Positions 38,569-48,882 are shown, counted from the first letter of the stretch. The stretch is 64,000 nucleotides of DNA from Gemmatimonadota bacterium (GCA_034521595.1 JAXHMG010000003.1:192001-256000); one strand, 5' to 3'. Made by a program: numbers and translations. The notes: generated by a model not told the origin, from the sequence alone.

Positions 38569-40019
38569 GCACGCGAGCCACGACGGGACCACGGCCGGCC
38601 GAGGCGGCTCGGCGCGTTTCCGAGACGCTCTACGAGATTCCGTCCACCTTTCGGGCCGACATGAAGGTCCCAGCGCGAATCTATGCCGACGAGCGCCTCT
38701 GGGCGCAAATCTCGACCGACCGATCCCTCGATCAGCTCGTCAACGTGGCGACCTTGCCCGGTGTGACTCGCGCCGCTTACGCCATGCCGGACGCGCACGA
38801 AGGCTACGGCTTCCCGGTCGGGGGCGTGGCCGCGTTCGACGCGGAGTCGGGCGTCATATCCCCGGGCGGGGTCGGCTACGATATCAACTGTGGTGTGCGG
38901 ATGCTCGTGTCCGGGCTGCACTCGGACGACCTCGGCGACCGCCTCGAGCCGCTCGTGCACGAGCTCAGTCGGGGCATCCCCTCCGGCATGGGCAGGGGCA
39001 GCCACCTCTCCCTGGACGACGCGGCGCTGGACCGCGTGTTCACGGAGGGCTGCCGCTACTTGGTCGAGCGGGGCATGGCTACCCGGGAGGACCTCGAGCA
39101 CACCGAGTCCGGTGGCTGCCTCCCGGGAGCGGATCCCGCGCGGGTCTCGCGGCGAGCACGCGACCGTGGGCGCAGTCAGCTCGGATCCATGGGCTCGGGC
39201 AACCACTTCGTCGAGGTCGAGCGGGTGGAGCGCATCTTCGATCAGGACGCGGCCGAGACGCTCGGGCTCGAGGTCGGTCACGTCGTCGTGCTCATCCACA
39301 CCGGGTCACGCGGGCTCGGCCACCAAGTCTGCACCGATTACGTCTCCGGGATGGACAAGGGGATGCCCGAGCACGGAATCACGCTGCCCGACCGCCAGCT
39401 CGCCTGCGCCCCGCTCCAGTCCGCGCCCGGGCAGGCCTACTTCGGTGCGATGGCCGCCGCGGCGAACTTCGCGTGGTGCAACCGGCAGGTCATCTCCCAC
39501 GTGGTCCGCGATGCCTTCCATAGGGTCGTCGGCGCCGACGCCGAGCTGCGCCTCCTGTACGATGTCGCACACAACATCGCGAAGGTCGAGGAGCACGACG
39601 GGCGCGCGCTCTGCGTGCACCGTAAGGGGGCGACCCGGGCGCTCGGCCCCTCGCACCCGGAGACGCCGGCCGCCTACCGGAGCGTCGGGCAGCCCGTGTT
39701 CATCCCTGGCAGCATGGGAGCCGGCTCCTACGTGCTGGTGGGCGAGGACGCGTCGTTGGAGCGCTCGTTCGGGAGCGCGTGCCACGGCGCGGGCCGAAGC
39801 ATGAGCCGGGGCGAGGCACGCCGGAGGCAGCACGGAGGCGAGGTTCGCCGTGCCCTCACCGAGCGGGGGATCGTGGTCCGCTGCCCCTCGCTCAAAGAGC
39901 TCGCGGAGGAGGCGCCCCACGCCTACAAGGACGTGGATCAGGTGGTGGAGGTGGTGGAGCGCGCGGGCCTGGCCCGCCGGGTCGCACGCACCGGAGTGTT
40001 GGGGGTCGTGAAGGGCTGA
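38565..40019 (+). CDS. rtcB: RNA ligase RtcB (archease-dependent type)
   Basis: MPDAHEGYGFPVGG, GYDINCG, GSGNHF, HTGSRG, HNIAK, HRKGA, PGSMG, CHGAGR, EEAP.AYK, terminal KG. Confidence 0.96.
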   Translation: MSTRATTGPRPAEAARRVSETLYEIPSTFRADMKVPARIYADERLWAQISTDRSLDQLVNVATLPGVTRAAYAMPDAHEGYGFPVGGVAAFDAESGVISPGGVGYDINCGVRMLVSGLHSDDLGDRLEPLVHELSRGIPSGMGRGSHLSLDDAALDRVFTEGCRYLVERGMATREDLEHTESGGCLPGADPARVSRRARDRGRSQLGSMGSGNHFVEVERVERIFDQDAAETLGLEVGHVVVLIHTGSRGLGHQVCTDYVSGMDKGMPEHGITLPDRQLACAPLQSAPGQAYFGAMAAAANFAWCNRQVISHVVRDAFHRVVGADAELRLLYDVAHNIAKVEEHDGRALCVHRKGATRALGPSHPETPAAYRSVGQPVFIPGSMGAGSYVLVGEDASLERSFGSACHGAGRSMSRGEARRRQHGGEVRRALTERGIVVRCPSLKELAEEAPHAYKDVDQVVEVVERAGLARRVARTGVLGVVKG

Positions 40020-40158
40020 CCCTGGGCTCGGCCCGCCTTGCGCGAGGCCACTCCACCTCCCCGGCTTCAACTCCCGTGGCGACCGACCCCGGTTGGATTT
40101 CCTTCTCTTGTCCCCGATCGACCCTCCCCTTTTCAGGCGAGGGGACCGATTTTGGTTC

Positions 40159-40959
40159 ATGGACATTCACAGCCCGGCGACCACGATCCAACCGACCGCT
40201 CGCTCGCTTTCGCCTTTCCTGCTCACGCTCTTGCTCGGCGTCCTGTTGGCGCCGTATTCCGCCAACGCCCAGGCTGCCCCCACCTGGCGTTTGGAGCTCG
40301 AGGGCGGCCCGGTCTGGCAGAGCTACAACAACGTCGAGATCCCCAACGACGGCACCGCGACCCGATTCTCGCTCCGGGATCTCGCGGGAGCCGGCCCGTG
40401 GGCGTCAGGACGGCTCTACCTCACCTGGAAGGTGAGCAAGCGGCACGCGCTGCGCGCCCTCGTAGCGCCGCTCACCATCCGCGCGACGGGGACTCCCGGC
40501 ACGACCATCGACTTCGCCGGCGCAAGCTATGCGGCGGGTCTGCCGACCGAGGCCACCTACACCTTCGACTCGTACCGCCTGACCTACCGGTACCTTGTCC
40601 ACGCGGGAGACCGAACGACCGCCTGGGTCGGCTTCACCGCCAAGATCCGGGACGCCGTGACCGCGCTCGATCAGGGATCGACGTCGAGCCGGAAGGCGAA
40701 CGTGGGCTTCGTGCCCCTGCTCCATCTCGCCGGTGAATGGCGCCCCGCGCCGCGTTGGACGGCGAGCCTGGATGTGGACGCGCTCGCTGGAGGACCCGGC
40801 CGAGCGGAGGACGCGGCACTCGAGCTGGGATACGACGTGAGCGAAAGATGGACGCTGCAAGGTGGGTATCGGATGGTGGAGGGGGGCGCCGACGTGGACG
40901 AAGTCTACGCGTTCGCCTGGCTGCACTACGCGATCGTATCGGTGGTGTGGAGGCCGTAG
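40159..40959 (+). CDS. Putative outer-membrane beta-barrel protein
   Basis: Signal peptide; alternating aromatic beta-strand pattern; EGGADVDEVY near the C-terminus. Confidence 0.65.
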   Translation: MDIHSPATTIQPTARSLSPFLLTLLLGVLLAPYSANAQAAPTWRLELEGGPVWQSYNNVEIPNDGTATRFSLRDLAGAGPWASGRLYLTWKVSKRHALRALVAPLTIRATGTPGTTIDFAGASYAAGLPTEATYTFDSYRLTYRYLVHAGDRTTAWVGFTAKIRDAVTALDQGSTSSRKANVGFVPLLHLAGEWRPAPRWTASLDVDALAGGPGRAEDAALELGYDVSERWTLQGGYRMVEGGADVDEVYAFAWLHYAIVSVVWRP

Positions 40960-41029
40960 CGGGAGCGGGCACCGGTGAAGGCTCGAGCCTGTTCGGAGGC
41001 GACACCGCTGATCCGTGATCTCCACAGGC

Positions 41030-41147
41030 CGAGTCTGGTGGATCGGCTTCATCGCTCCGCTTCTCCCGGCCCCGTACGAGCCGATCCTCATGATCGCCTG
41101 TACTCCCCGCTCTTCATCTGCATCTGCGCCCCGGGGACCCTCTACTA
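41030..41147 (+). pseudogene. Possible frameshifted fragment of a YqaA/VTT-like membrane protein
   Basis: ..IAPLLPAPYEPILM then, in a shifted frame, RLYSPLFICICAPGTLY*. Confidence 0.3.
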
Positions 41148-41579
41148 AAAGGGCTCGACGACGGTGGCCTGGGGCCCTTCTTCGCCTGCTTCCTCCACGT
41201 AGCGCACCGGTGTGCCGACCTCCAGCGTATCGAAAGCCAGGCCCTTCAGCGCGTTCATGTGGAAGTACACGTCGTAGCCGTCGGGCGCTTCGATGAAGCC
41301 GTAACCATGGTCCAGGAACACCGTGCGCACGCGGCCCGCAGGCGGTGTCTCGTGCTGCTTCACTTCCCCCCGACGCTTGGCCTTCTCCTCGAGCAGCCGC
41401 TTGCGCGCGGCGTCGAAGGCCTGGCCCACGGCCTGATCAACGTCCTCGTGGGCGTGGTGCTCGGGCGGGTTGCGGTTCACGACGATCTCCGAGCCGGGGC
41501 GGGTGAGATCGATCCGGACGTGGTAGAGGTTGCCGGTGCGGTGACGGTGGTCCCGAAGCTCGATGTTCCACGGAGCCAC
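41145..41579 (-). pseudogene. HPF/RaiA + cold-shock-domain protein, N-terminally truncated
   Basis: HRHRTGNLYHVRIDL..EIVV..HEDV..A..AFDAA (HPF C-terminal half), then GYGFIE..DVYFH (CSD); the in-frame ZIP stop lies only 8 codons upstream. Confidence 0.7.
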
Positions 41580-41603
41580 CCTCGCGCCATGCGGTCTCGG
41601 CGT

Positions 41604-42350
41604 TCATCCGTGGACCGCGACCGCGAGCAGATAGAGAAGGCCGGCTCCGAAGAGGAATGCGCCCATCGTGGCCGCGGAGGCGGCGCCCGGACCGTGGGGC
41701 CGGTTCGTCTCGGGGACCAGGTCCGCCGCCGCGATATAGAGGAAGTTTCCCGCCGCGAACGGGAGCACGAAGTCGATGGCCATGGATCGGGAGGCTGCGT
41801 ACGCGATCAGGCCTCCGACGAGAAACGTCGCGCCCGAGAGGGCATTCACCAGGAGCGCCTTTTTGTGGCTCCACCCTCCGTGAACGAGCACGCCGAAGTC
41901 GCCGAGCTCCTGGGGTACCTCGTGCGCCGCGGCGACGAGCCAGGTCGTCACGCCCAGGCGTATGTCGGTGAGAAAAGCGCTCGCGACGGCCAGACCGCCG
42001 AGGAAGTTGTGTAGGCCGTCCGCGATGAGGATCAAATAGGTCACGGGTTGGCGGCCGGCGAACGCCGCGCTGTGGCGGTGATGGCCGTGCAGGAGCTGCT
42101 CGAGCGCATAGAATGCCGTGAACCCCAGCGCCGCCCACAGCCAGGGCCGGAGCGGGTCGGTCGCGCGATCGACGGCCTCCGGGAGCATGTGAAAGAGCGC
42201 CCCGCCCAAAAGGGAGCCCGCGGCGAGTCCGACGAGCGGCAAGAGGAGTCGCTCGAGCGTGCGCGAGTCGAAGACGAGCGTCACGCTTCCGACCAGCGCG
42301 ATGGCGGTCATCGCGACGCCGCCGAGCACGATCCACTCGAGCTCGCTCAC
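41604..42350 (-). CDS. ZIP-family metal transporter
   Basis: HMLPEA, HGHHRH loop, ADGLHNFLGG, HEVPQELGD, LYIAAADLVPE. Confidence 0.93.
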   Translation of the reverse strand: MSELEWIVLGGVAMTAIALVGSVTLVFDSRTLERLLLPLVGLAAGSLLGGALFHMLPEAVDRATDPLRPWLWAALGFTAFYALEQLLHGHHRHSAAFAGRQPVTYLILIADGLHNFLGGLAVASAFLTDIRLGVTTWLVAAAHEVPQELGDFGVLVHGGWSHKKALLVNALSGATFLVGGLIAYAASRSMAIDFVLPFAAGNFLYIAAADLVPETNRPHGPGAASAATMGAFLFGAGLLYLLAVAVHG

Positions 42351-42636
42351 CCGCTTCCTCCGTCAGGGATGATCGATGGTGGCGGCCGCGCCAGGCGACC
42401 GTCCGCCATGCGCCGCCACGCTAACCCGTTCCTCCAACGTCCACCACCGTCCGCTCCCGAGCAGCACCTGACGTAAAGTCGTGGGTGGAGTGCCCCCGAC
42501 TGTGGTACGCCTTCTGCCATGTACGAGGCCGAATACCTCCTGCGCCTAGCTTCCGGTCGCATCGCGGGAGCCACCCCACACGCGAGCCTTCCTCGCGTGA
42601 GAGGATGACCCGCCATTTTGATTCCCTCTCGCGATA

Positions 42637-42674
42637 CGTGACAAAACGTCCCACAATGAGACCGGATAGTCACC
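42637..42674. promoter_or_regulatory. Palindromic sites upstream of the sigma54 response regulator
   Basis: CGTGAC-AAAAC-GTCCCA (42637-42653) and TGAGAC-N6-GTCACC (42657-42674); resemble 44241-44257. Confidence 0.5.
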
Positions 42675-42705
42675 TGATCCACGAAGCTTCGAGGTGCGAA
42701 CGAGC

Positions 42706-44094
42706 ATGGACAGAGACACGGATCACGAGCCGCCGACCAGAGTCCTCGTCGTGGACGACGACCCGACGATCAGGAATCTGCTGCGCGACACGTTGGAGGA
42801 TCAGGACCACGACGTCACGGTGGTCGAGGACGGCCAATCCGCCCTGAACGTGCTCCATGCACGGGACGTGGACGTCGTGCTCCTCGACCTCAATCTCCCG
42901 CGCGTGAGCGGGATGAACGTGCTCGCCGCATTACCGTCGCTCAACACGGACGCACAGTTCATCGTCATGACTGCTTTCGGCACCATCTCCTCGGCCGTGG
43001 AGGCGATGAAGCTCGGAGCCTATGACTACCTGACCAAGCCGTTCGACGAGGACGAGCTTCTGCGCGTCCTGGAACGTGCCGTGTCCGAGCTGTCGATGCG
43101 GCGTGAGCTCCACAGGCTCCGGTTCGAGAGCCGGGAGCGCCCACCCGGAGGCCTGGTCGGGCGTGCGCCGGCAATGGAGCATCTGTTCGGCATGATCAAC
43201 CGCGTGGCGCCCACTCGCGCGACGGTTCTGATCACGGGTGAGACCGGAAGCGGCAAGGAACTCGTGGCCCGGGCGATCCACGAGTCGTCTCCGCGGGCCC
43301 GGCATCCGTTCGTGCCGGTCAACTGCTCGGCGATTCCCGGGACGCTCCTCGAAGCAGAGCTCTTCGGGCACATGAAGGGCGCCTTCACGGGTGCCGTCCA
43401 GAGCCGTAAGGGGCTCATCGAGGAAGCGCATGGCGGGACGCTGTTCCTCGACGAGATCAGCACGCTGTCCCAGGATGTGCAGGTGAAGCTGCTCCGCGTC
43501 CTCCAGGAGCGAAAGATCCAGAGGGTCGGGAGCCCCGAGAGCGTGCCCGTGGATTTCCGTCTGGTCGCCGCGACGAACACGGACCTCCGCTCGCTGGTCG
43601 ATGAGGGCGCATTCCGCGAGGACCTCTTCTTCCGGTTGGACGTGTTCCCGGTCGACGTGCCGCCGCTCCGGGAGCGCACCTCCGATATCCCGCTGCTCGC
43701 TCAGCATTTCCTCACCCGGTTTGCGCGCGAGTACGAGATCGAGCCGCCCAAGCTCTCGACCGGCACGCTCTCCCGCATGATGGCGTATACGTGGCCGGGT
43801 AACGTGCGGGAGCTCGAGAACTTCGTCGAGCGCTCCGTGGTGATGTATCCCGGCGCGCGAAGCTTCCCGTTCGACGTGGAGCGGCGAGGACCTACGAGCG
43901 AGGCGGCCTCGCTGCTCGAAAACGCTCTCGACGGCGATTGGCCCCTCGCCCGCCTCGAGCGCGAGTACATTCTCGCGATGCTCGAACGGAATCGTTGGCA
44001 GAAGGGGGCCACGGCGGAGGTCCTGGGCGTGGACCGGCGCACGATTCACCGGAAGCTCCAACGGTACCGACAGGACGGCGTGCTCGGGGCATGA
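42706..44094 (+). CDS. sigma54-dependent response regulator (NtrC/AtoC/ZraR family)
   Basis: Receiver (VVDDD, LDL, KPF), [27 protein letters not shown]. Confidence 0.94.
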   Translation: MDRDTDHEPPTRVLVVDDDPTIRNLLRDTLEDQDHDVTVVEDGQSALNVLHARDVDVVLLDLNLPRVSGMNVLAALPSLNTDAQFIVMTAFGTISSAVEAMKLGAYDYLTKPFDEDELLRVLERAVSELSMRRELHRLRFESRERPPGGLVGRAPAMEHLFGMINRVAPTRATVLITGETGSGKELVARAIHESSPRARHPFVPVNCSAIPGTLLEAELFGHMKGAFTGAVQSRKGLIEEAHGGTLFLDEISTLSQDVQVKLLRVLQERKIQRVGSPESVPVDFRLVAATNTDLRSLVDEGAFREDLFFRLDVFPVDVPPLRERTSDIPLLAQHFLTRFAREYEIEPPKLSTGTLSRMMAYTWPGNVRELENFVERSVVMYPGARSFPFDVERRGPTSEAASLLENALDGDWPLARLEREYILAMLERNRWQKGATAEVLGVDRRTIHRKLQRYRQDGVLGA

Positions 44095-44240
44095 TGGGCC
44101 ACTACGGTTGGGGTGAGATGATGCCGAACGGCCCACGCTGAGCCGCGGCGTCCAGCGGGAGCTTCTCGGCCGGCGGATGGCGGCCGCCCGGGTGACGAGC
44201 CAGTTCACCATAGACCCACACCACGGGCAGTTCGTCGACA

Positions 44241-44257
44241 TGGGACGAAGTGTCTCA
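44241..44257. promoter_or_regulatory. Putative enhancer palindrome
   Basis: TGGGAC-GAAGT-GTCTCA, about 120 bp above a possible sigma54 promoter. Confidence 0.5.
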
Positions 44258-44375
44258 TCTCCCGGGTCCGCCCCCGCCAATCCGTCCCACATGGTAGCTC
44301 ACCGCGAGGCCCCCGGAGATCGGGGACGTCAGTCATGGCGCGCTGGAGGATGGGTGATGCCGTAACGGGTTCTTC

Positions 44376-44391
44376 GGGACCACGCCTTGCA
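44376..44391 (+). promoter_or_regulatory. Possible sigma54 promoter for the CBS gene
   Basis: GGGACCACGCCTTGCA: GG-N10-GC with TTGCA; weak -24 element. Confidence 0.45.
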
Positions 44392-44451
44392 CCTACGGGT
44401 CACTCCACCGACAACCGTGAACCGCCAATGGCGAGCAGGAGGATGTATCCC

Positions 44452-45108
44452 ATGCCCCGACAGACCCCTTCGAAAAAGACCACCGAGTCCACCGAGCCCG
44501 ACAGCAAAGCATCCGCGGAGAAGAAGTCCGCCTCGAGTCGAAAAGGTGCGTCCGCGACGACGAAGAAAGCAACGACCAAGAAGACCACCAAGAAGACCAC
44601 GGCGAAGAAAGCGACGACGAAGAAGGCGCCCGCCGGGACCACGGTCGCCGAGGTGATGTCGTCTCCGGTGCATCGCGTGGACGTTTCCGCGTCGATGAAC
44701 GAGGCGGCTCAGAGCATGTGGGAGCACGATATCGGCGTGGTGCCCGTGGTCGACGCGGAGGGGCGGATCGAAGGCATCGTGACCGACCGGGACGTCGCCA
44801 TGACGGCCTACTTGCAGGGGCGGGCACTTCGGGACATCCCCGTGCGGGAGGTGATGTCGAGCAATGTCCAGTCCGTCCGCTCGGACGAAGCGGTCGTCGC
44901 GGCAGCGTACAAGATGTCCCAGCACCAGATGCGTCGTCTCCCCGTCCTGGATGGTGAGGGAGCGCTCGTGGGAATGCTCTCCCTCAATGACCTCGCCGGG
45001 GCGTCGAGTGACTCGAAGGACAGCGGAGTCACGGAGCACGATCTGGCCGACACGCTTCGCGCGGTGTGCATGCCCAGGGCGGGCACGGAACCGCTGGCGG
45101 CGAGCTGA
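44452..45108 (+). CDS. CBS-pair protein with Lys/Thr/Ala-rich N-terminal tail
   Basis: AGGAGG RBS; KKATTKKTTKKTTAKKATTKKAPA followed by a CBS pair (GIVTDRD, RRLPVLD). Confidence 0.88.
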   Translation: MPRQTPSKKTTESTEPDSKASAEKKSASSRKGASATTKKATTKKTTKKTTAKKATTKKAPAGTTVAEVMSSPVHRVDVSASMNEAAQSMWEHDIGVVPVVDAEGRIEGIVTDRDVAMTAYLQGRALRDIPVREVMSSNVQSVRSDEAVVAAAYKMSQHQMRRLPVLDGEGALVGMLSLNDLAGASSDSKDSGVTEHDLADTLRAVCMPRAGTEPLAAS

Positions 45109-45191
45109 CCCCCAAGAAGGCCATGCCGTGCCGTGCGCCGGAACGCGCGGACCGAACCTCACCGGAAGATCCTCGAAACCTCATGGAGATC

Positions 45192-46553
45192 ATGCCTACC
45201 ACCACTGACGAATCCCGTGCTTGGAGGTCCACCGCGCACCGGCGTCCGGACCGGCGTCACAGCTACCCGCGCGGCGCGAGCCTCCCGGTGGGCCTCCCGA
45301 CTCAGTTCCACGTGCTGAGCTTCGAGGGTCCGGACGCGTACTCCAGAGCTGGAGGCATCGCGAGCCGAGTCACCGGGCTCACGCGTACCCTGGCCGATAC
45401 GGGGCACGATACCCATCTCTGGTTCGTCGGGGATCCGATCTCTCCCGGGCATGAGGTAGACGGAAGCCTGCACCTGCACCGTTGGTGTCAGTGGCTCAGT
45501 CGATCCTGCCCCGCGGGCGTTTACGACGGCGAAGATGCGAAGCGAGCGGACTACGCGGCTTCGCTCCCTCCCTACCTCGTCTCCGAGATGCTGCTTCCGC
45601 ACCTCGCGGCCGGAGGGAGGGCGGTCGTCCTGGCCGAGGAGTGGCATACCGTGGACGCGGTGCTCCACCTCGATTGGCTGCTCAGGGGCCGGGGCGTTCG
45701 ACACCTCGTGACCATTTTATGGAACGCCAACAACACATTCGGCTTCTCGCACGTCCCTTGGGATCGCCTGGCCGGCGCGGCGCGCATCGTCACGGTGAGC
45801 CGTTACATGAAGTCCCTCATGGGCAGCCATGTCGACGATGTCGAGGTCGTGCCGAACGGGTTGCCTCCGGACGCCTATGATGAGCCGGATCCGGAGGCGG
45901 TCCAGTCTTTCTCGAATCGTGTGCGGGACCGTCTGTGTCTCGCGAAGGTGGGGCGCTGGGATCCGGGCAAGCGATGGTTGGGGGCCGTGGAAGGGGTCGC
46001 CGAGCTGAAGGAGCGGGGAGAGCGCCCCCTTCTCATCGCTCGCGGCGGAATCGAGGAGCACGGCCGCGAGGTTTTCGCTCGAGCGAACGAGCTCGGACTG
46101 CGGGTCCGGGAGCGGACCCAGCGGGAGGCCGGGCCTTCCGGGCTTCTGGAGGTGCTCGAGGACGTCGATGACGTGGATGTCTTGAGCCTGACCGCGCCGC
46201 TTTCACCGGCCGCCTGTCGCCTCCTCTTTCGAGGTGCCGCGGCCGTGCTCGCCGACAGCGAGCACGAGCCGTTCGGCTTGGTGGGACTGGAAGCCATGGC
46301 CGTGGGCGGAGTCGCTTGCACCGGAGGCACCGGAGAGGACTACGCGAAGCGGGGGCGCAACGCGATCGTCCTGGCGGGGGGAGACCCGCGTGAGATGGCG
46401 GGTCTTCTCAGCCACCTACGCCAGTGGCCGGAGGCGGTCAGCACTCTGGCGGGCTGCGCTCTGGAAACCGCCAGGGATTACGCTTGGCACCGGGTGATCG
46501 ACGCGCACGTGCTCCCGCTCGCTCAGGCCACCGTGACGTCCTCGCACAGGTAG
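45192..46553 (+). CDS. Glycosyltransferase family 4
   Basis: [36 protein letters not shown] (EX7E). Confidence 0.85.
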   Translation: MPTTTDESRAWRSTAHRRPDRRHSYPRGASLPVGLPTQFHVLSFEGPDAYSRAGGIASRVTGLTRTLADTGHDTHLWFVGDPISPGHEVDGSLHLHRWCQWLSRSCPAGVYDGEDAKRADYAASLPPYLVSEMLLPHLAAGGRAVVLAEEWHTVDAVLHLDWLLRGRGVRHLVTILWNANNTFGFSHVPWDRLAGAARIVTVSRYMKSLMGSHVDDVEVVPNGLPPDAYDEPDPEAVQSFSNRVRDRLCLAKVGRWDPGKRWLGAVEGVAELKERGERPLLIARGGIEEHGREVFARANELGLRVRERTQREAGPSGLLEVLEDVDDVDVLSLTAPLSPAACRLLFRGAAAVLADSEHEPFGLVGLEAMAVGGVACTGGTGEDYAKRGRNAIVLAGGDPREMAGLLSHLRQWPEAVSTLAGCALETARDYAWHRVIDAHVLPLAQATVTSSHR

Positions 46554-47575
46554 ACGTCCTGAATGGCGTTGAGGAGCTCGATGCCATCCTTCCGCGGACG
46601 CTGGAACGCCTTGCGGCCGGAGATCAAGCCCATGCCGCCCGCGCGCTTGTTGATGACCGCGGTCCGCACCGCATCCTGCAGGTCGCTGTCGCCGGACGCG
46701 CCCCCGGAGTTGATCAGGCCGATCCGGCCCATGAACCCGTTCGCGACCTGATACCGGGTGAGGTCGATGGGGTTGTCCGAGGAGAGCTCGCTGTAGACCC
46801 GGTCGTGGGTCTTGCCGAATCCGAGGGCGCGGTAGCCGTCGTTCGTCTCCGGGAGCTTCTGCTTGATGATGTCCGCCTGCAGCGTCACGCCGAGGTGGTT
46901 CGCCTGGCCCGTCAGGTCGGCCGCGACGTGGTAGTCGACGCCGTCCTTCTTGAAGGCCGAGTTGCGGAGATAGCACCACAGAATCGTCACCATGCCGAGC
47001 TCGTGCGCGGCGTGGAACGCCTCCGAGACCTCCTGTAGCTGCCGGGAGGACTCCTCGGAACCCCAGTAGATGGTCGCGCCGACGCCGATCGCGCCCATGT
47101 CGAACGCCTGCCGGACGTCCGCGAACATGACCTGGTCGTACCGGCTCGGATACGAGAGGAGCTCGTTGTGGTTCAGCTTCAGAATGAACGGAATCCGGTG
47201 GGCGTACTTGCGCGCCGTCATCCCGAGGACCCCGAGCGTGGAGGCGACCGCGTTGCAGCCCCCCTCGAGCGCGAGCTCGACGATGTTCGCGGGATCGAAG
47301 TAGTCCGGGTTGGGCGCGAACGACGCGCCGGCGCTGTGCTCGATCCCCTGATCGACCGGGAGGATCGACACGTATCCGGTCCCCGCCAACCGGCCCGAGT
47401 GCAGCAGAAGGTTGTAGTTGCGGTTCACGTTGACCGGCCGGTCGGACGGGACGAACGCGCGGTCCACGAAGTCCGGCCCCGGCAAGTGCAACCGTTCCCG
47501 AGGAATCGTGCGACACTCGTGCTCGAGGAGCCCGGAGTGCTCTTTACCCAGAATCTCTTCGATTCTTTCGATCAT
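46523..47575 (-). CDS. fbaB: Class I fructose-bisphosphate aldolase (DhnA type)
   Basis: [39 protein letters not shown]. Confidence 0.96.
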   Translation of the reverse strand: MIERIEEILGKEHSGLLEHECRTIPRERLHLPGPDFVDRAFVPSDRPVNVNRNYNLLLHSGRLAGTGYVSILPVDQGIEHSAGASFAPNPDYFDPANIVELALEGGCNAVASTLGVLGMTARKYAHRIPFILKLNHNELLSYPSRYDQVMFADVRQAFDMGAIGVGATIYWGSEESSRQLQEVSEAFHAAHELGMVTILWCYLRNSAFKKDGVDYHVAADLTGQANHLGVTLQADIIKQKLPETNDGYRALGFGKTHDRVYSELSSDNPIDLTRYQVANGFMGRIGLINSGGASGDSDLQDAVRTAVINKRAGGMGLISGRKAFQRPRKDGIELLNAIQDVYLCEDVTVA

Positions 47576-47624
47576 GTCCGTGTGAGGTCCTTGCCCTGCG
47601 TGTGTGCGAGTGCGGCGAAGGCTG

Positions 47625-48761
47625 TTAAATCCAGCCCTTCCGTCGGAAATCTTTGATCGTGGACGCCCAGCGGTCCATCTCGTCGGGCAGTCCGAATGAC
47701 AGCCGGTTCCACTCGAGCATGGGCGGAAAGTGCCGACCCACCAGCAGGCCGGCTTCGCGCATCCGGTCCTGGTAGTCCGAAAGGTCCCCGTGAATCCGGT
47801 GCATCAGGAAGTTGGCTTCGGTGGGCAGGTATTCAAGGCCCAACTCGTCCAACGTCTGCTGCACGATGGCCTTCGACTCCCGGTTGACCTGGGCGCTCCG
47901 CTCGATGAGGCCGTCGTCCTTCAACGAGGCCAGGCCGGCGGCGGCGGCCAGCTCGTTGGGATTGTTCTGCACGACGAACTCGCGGAGCACCCCGGCGGTA
48001 TCCGGGTGCGAGATGCTGTACCCGAGGCGCATGCCCGCCATGGCGAAGATCTTCGAGAAGGTGCGCACCACGACGACGTTGCGCCGGTCCTCGACCCACT
48101 TCACGGCCGACCAGTAGCGCGGATCCTCCACGTATTCGAAGTACGCTTCGTCCATGATGAAGGTCGTGGTCTCCGGGGCCTCCTCGATCCACGCGTCGAT
48201 GGCCTCGGACGACGTGATCGTGCCGGTCGGATTGTTCGGATTGCAGAAGTAGACCACGGCCGGCCGGCCGGATACCGCTTCACGCATGCGCTCCACGTCG
48301 TGCTCGTACCCGTCGGTCAGCGGAATGGAGATGACGTCGTACGATTCGGTCTCCTGATAGTCGCCGATGTCCTCGAAGGTCGGCTCGGCCAGCACGAGCG
48401 GCTTGTTGGGGCCTCGGTACGCCTGGGCGGCGACCTGAAGGATCTCCGTCGAGCCGGCGCTGAGCACCAGGTTTTCCGGGGCGACGCCCGCGTATTCGGC
48501 GAGGCGCTCCATCAGCTCGCGGCGGTGAGCGCCCGGGTATCGGTTGGCGATCGGGAGCGCGTCGATCACGGCTTCTCGAGCCTGAGGCGAGAGCCCGATG
48601 GCGTTCTCGTTGGAGCTGAGCCGGATCGTGCCGTCTTGCAGAGTCTTGCCGCTCGCCCAGCTGGGCACACGACTGATGAACGAGCCCAGGGTGCCACCGG
48701 CACCAGTGAGCCCAGCGAGCCCGGCGGCCATTCCGGCCGTGACGAAACCGCGACGATCCAT
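47625..48761 (-). CDS. Tat-exported HisC-like PLP aminotransferase
   Basis: MDRRGFV Tat signal; [33 protein letters not shown]. Confidence 0.88.
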   Translation of the reverse strand: MDRRGFVTAGMAAGLAGLTGAGGTLGSFISRVPSWASGKTLQDGTIRLSSNENAIGLSPQAREAVIDALPIANRYPGAHRRELMERLAEYAGVAPENLVLSAGSTEILQVAAQAYRGPNKPLVLAEPTFEDIGDYQETESYDVISIPLTDGYEHDVERMREAVSGRPAVVYFCNPNNPTGTITSSEAIDAWIEEAPETTTFIMDEAYFEYVEDPRYWSAVKWVEDRRNVVVVRTFSKIFAMAGMRLGYSISHPDTAGVLREFVVQNNPNELAAAAGLASLKDDGLIERSAQVNRESKAIVQQTLDELGLEYLPTEANFLMHRIHGDLSDYQDRMREAGLLVGRHFPPMLEWNRLSFGLPDEMDRWASTIKDFRRKGWI

Positions 48762-48882
48762 GGGTCCTCCTCCGAGTAACGGTTACGGGTGCCGCAATGT
48801 GAGCCGGGGGCGAGTGGACCGAAAGGGGCGCCTCACGGTACGATCGGGAATCATCGCCGAACTTCATCCGGGATCCGACCGC

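Noticed and set aside
38565-40019. Intein in RtcB or an Rtc/defence system
   Set aside because: Normal length (484 aa) with contiguous motifs; no rtcA, rtcR, Ro or toxin genes nearby
42351-42636. sigma54 promoter for the ZIP gene on the minus strand
   Set aside because: The best candidate TGGCAGAAGGCGTACC lacks GC at the -12 position
44554-44628. Short tandem repeats as a CRISPR or VNTR
   Set aside because: In-frame degenerate codon repeats encoding the Lys-rich tail; no spacers or cas genes
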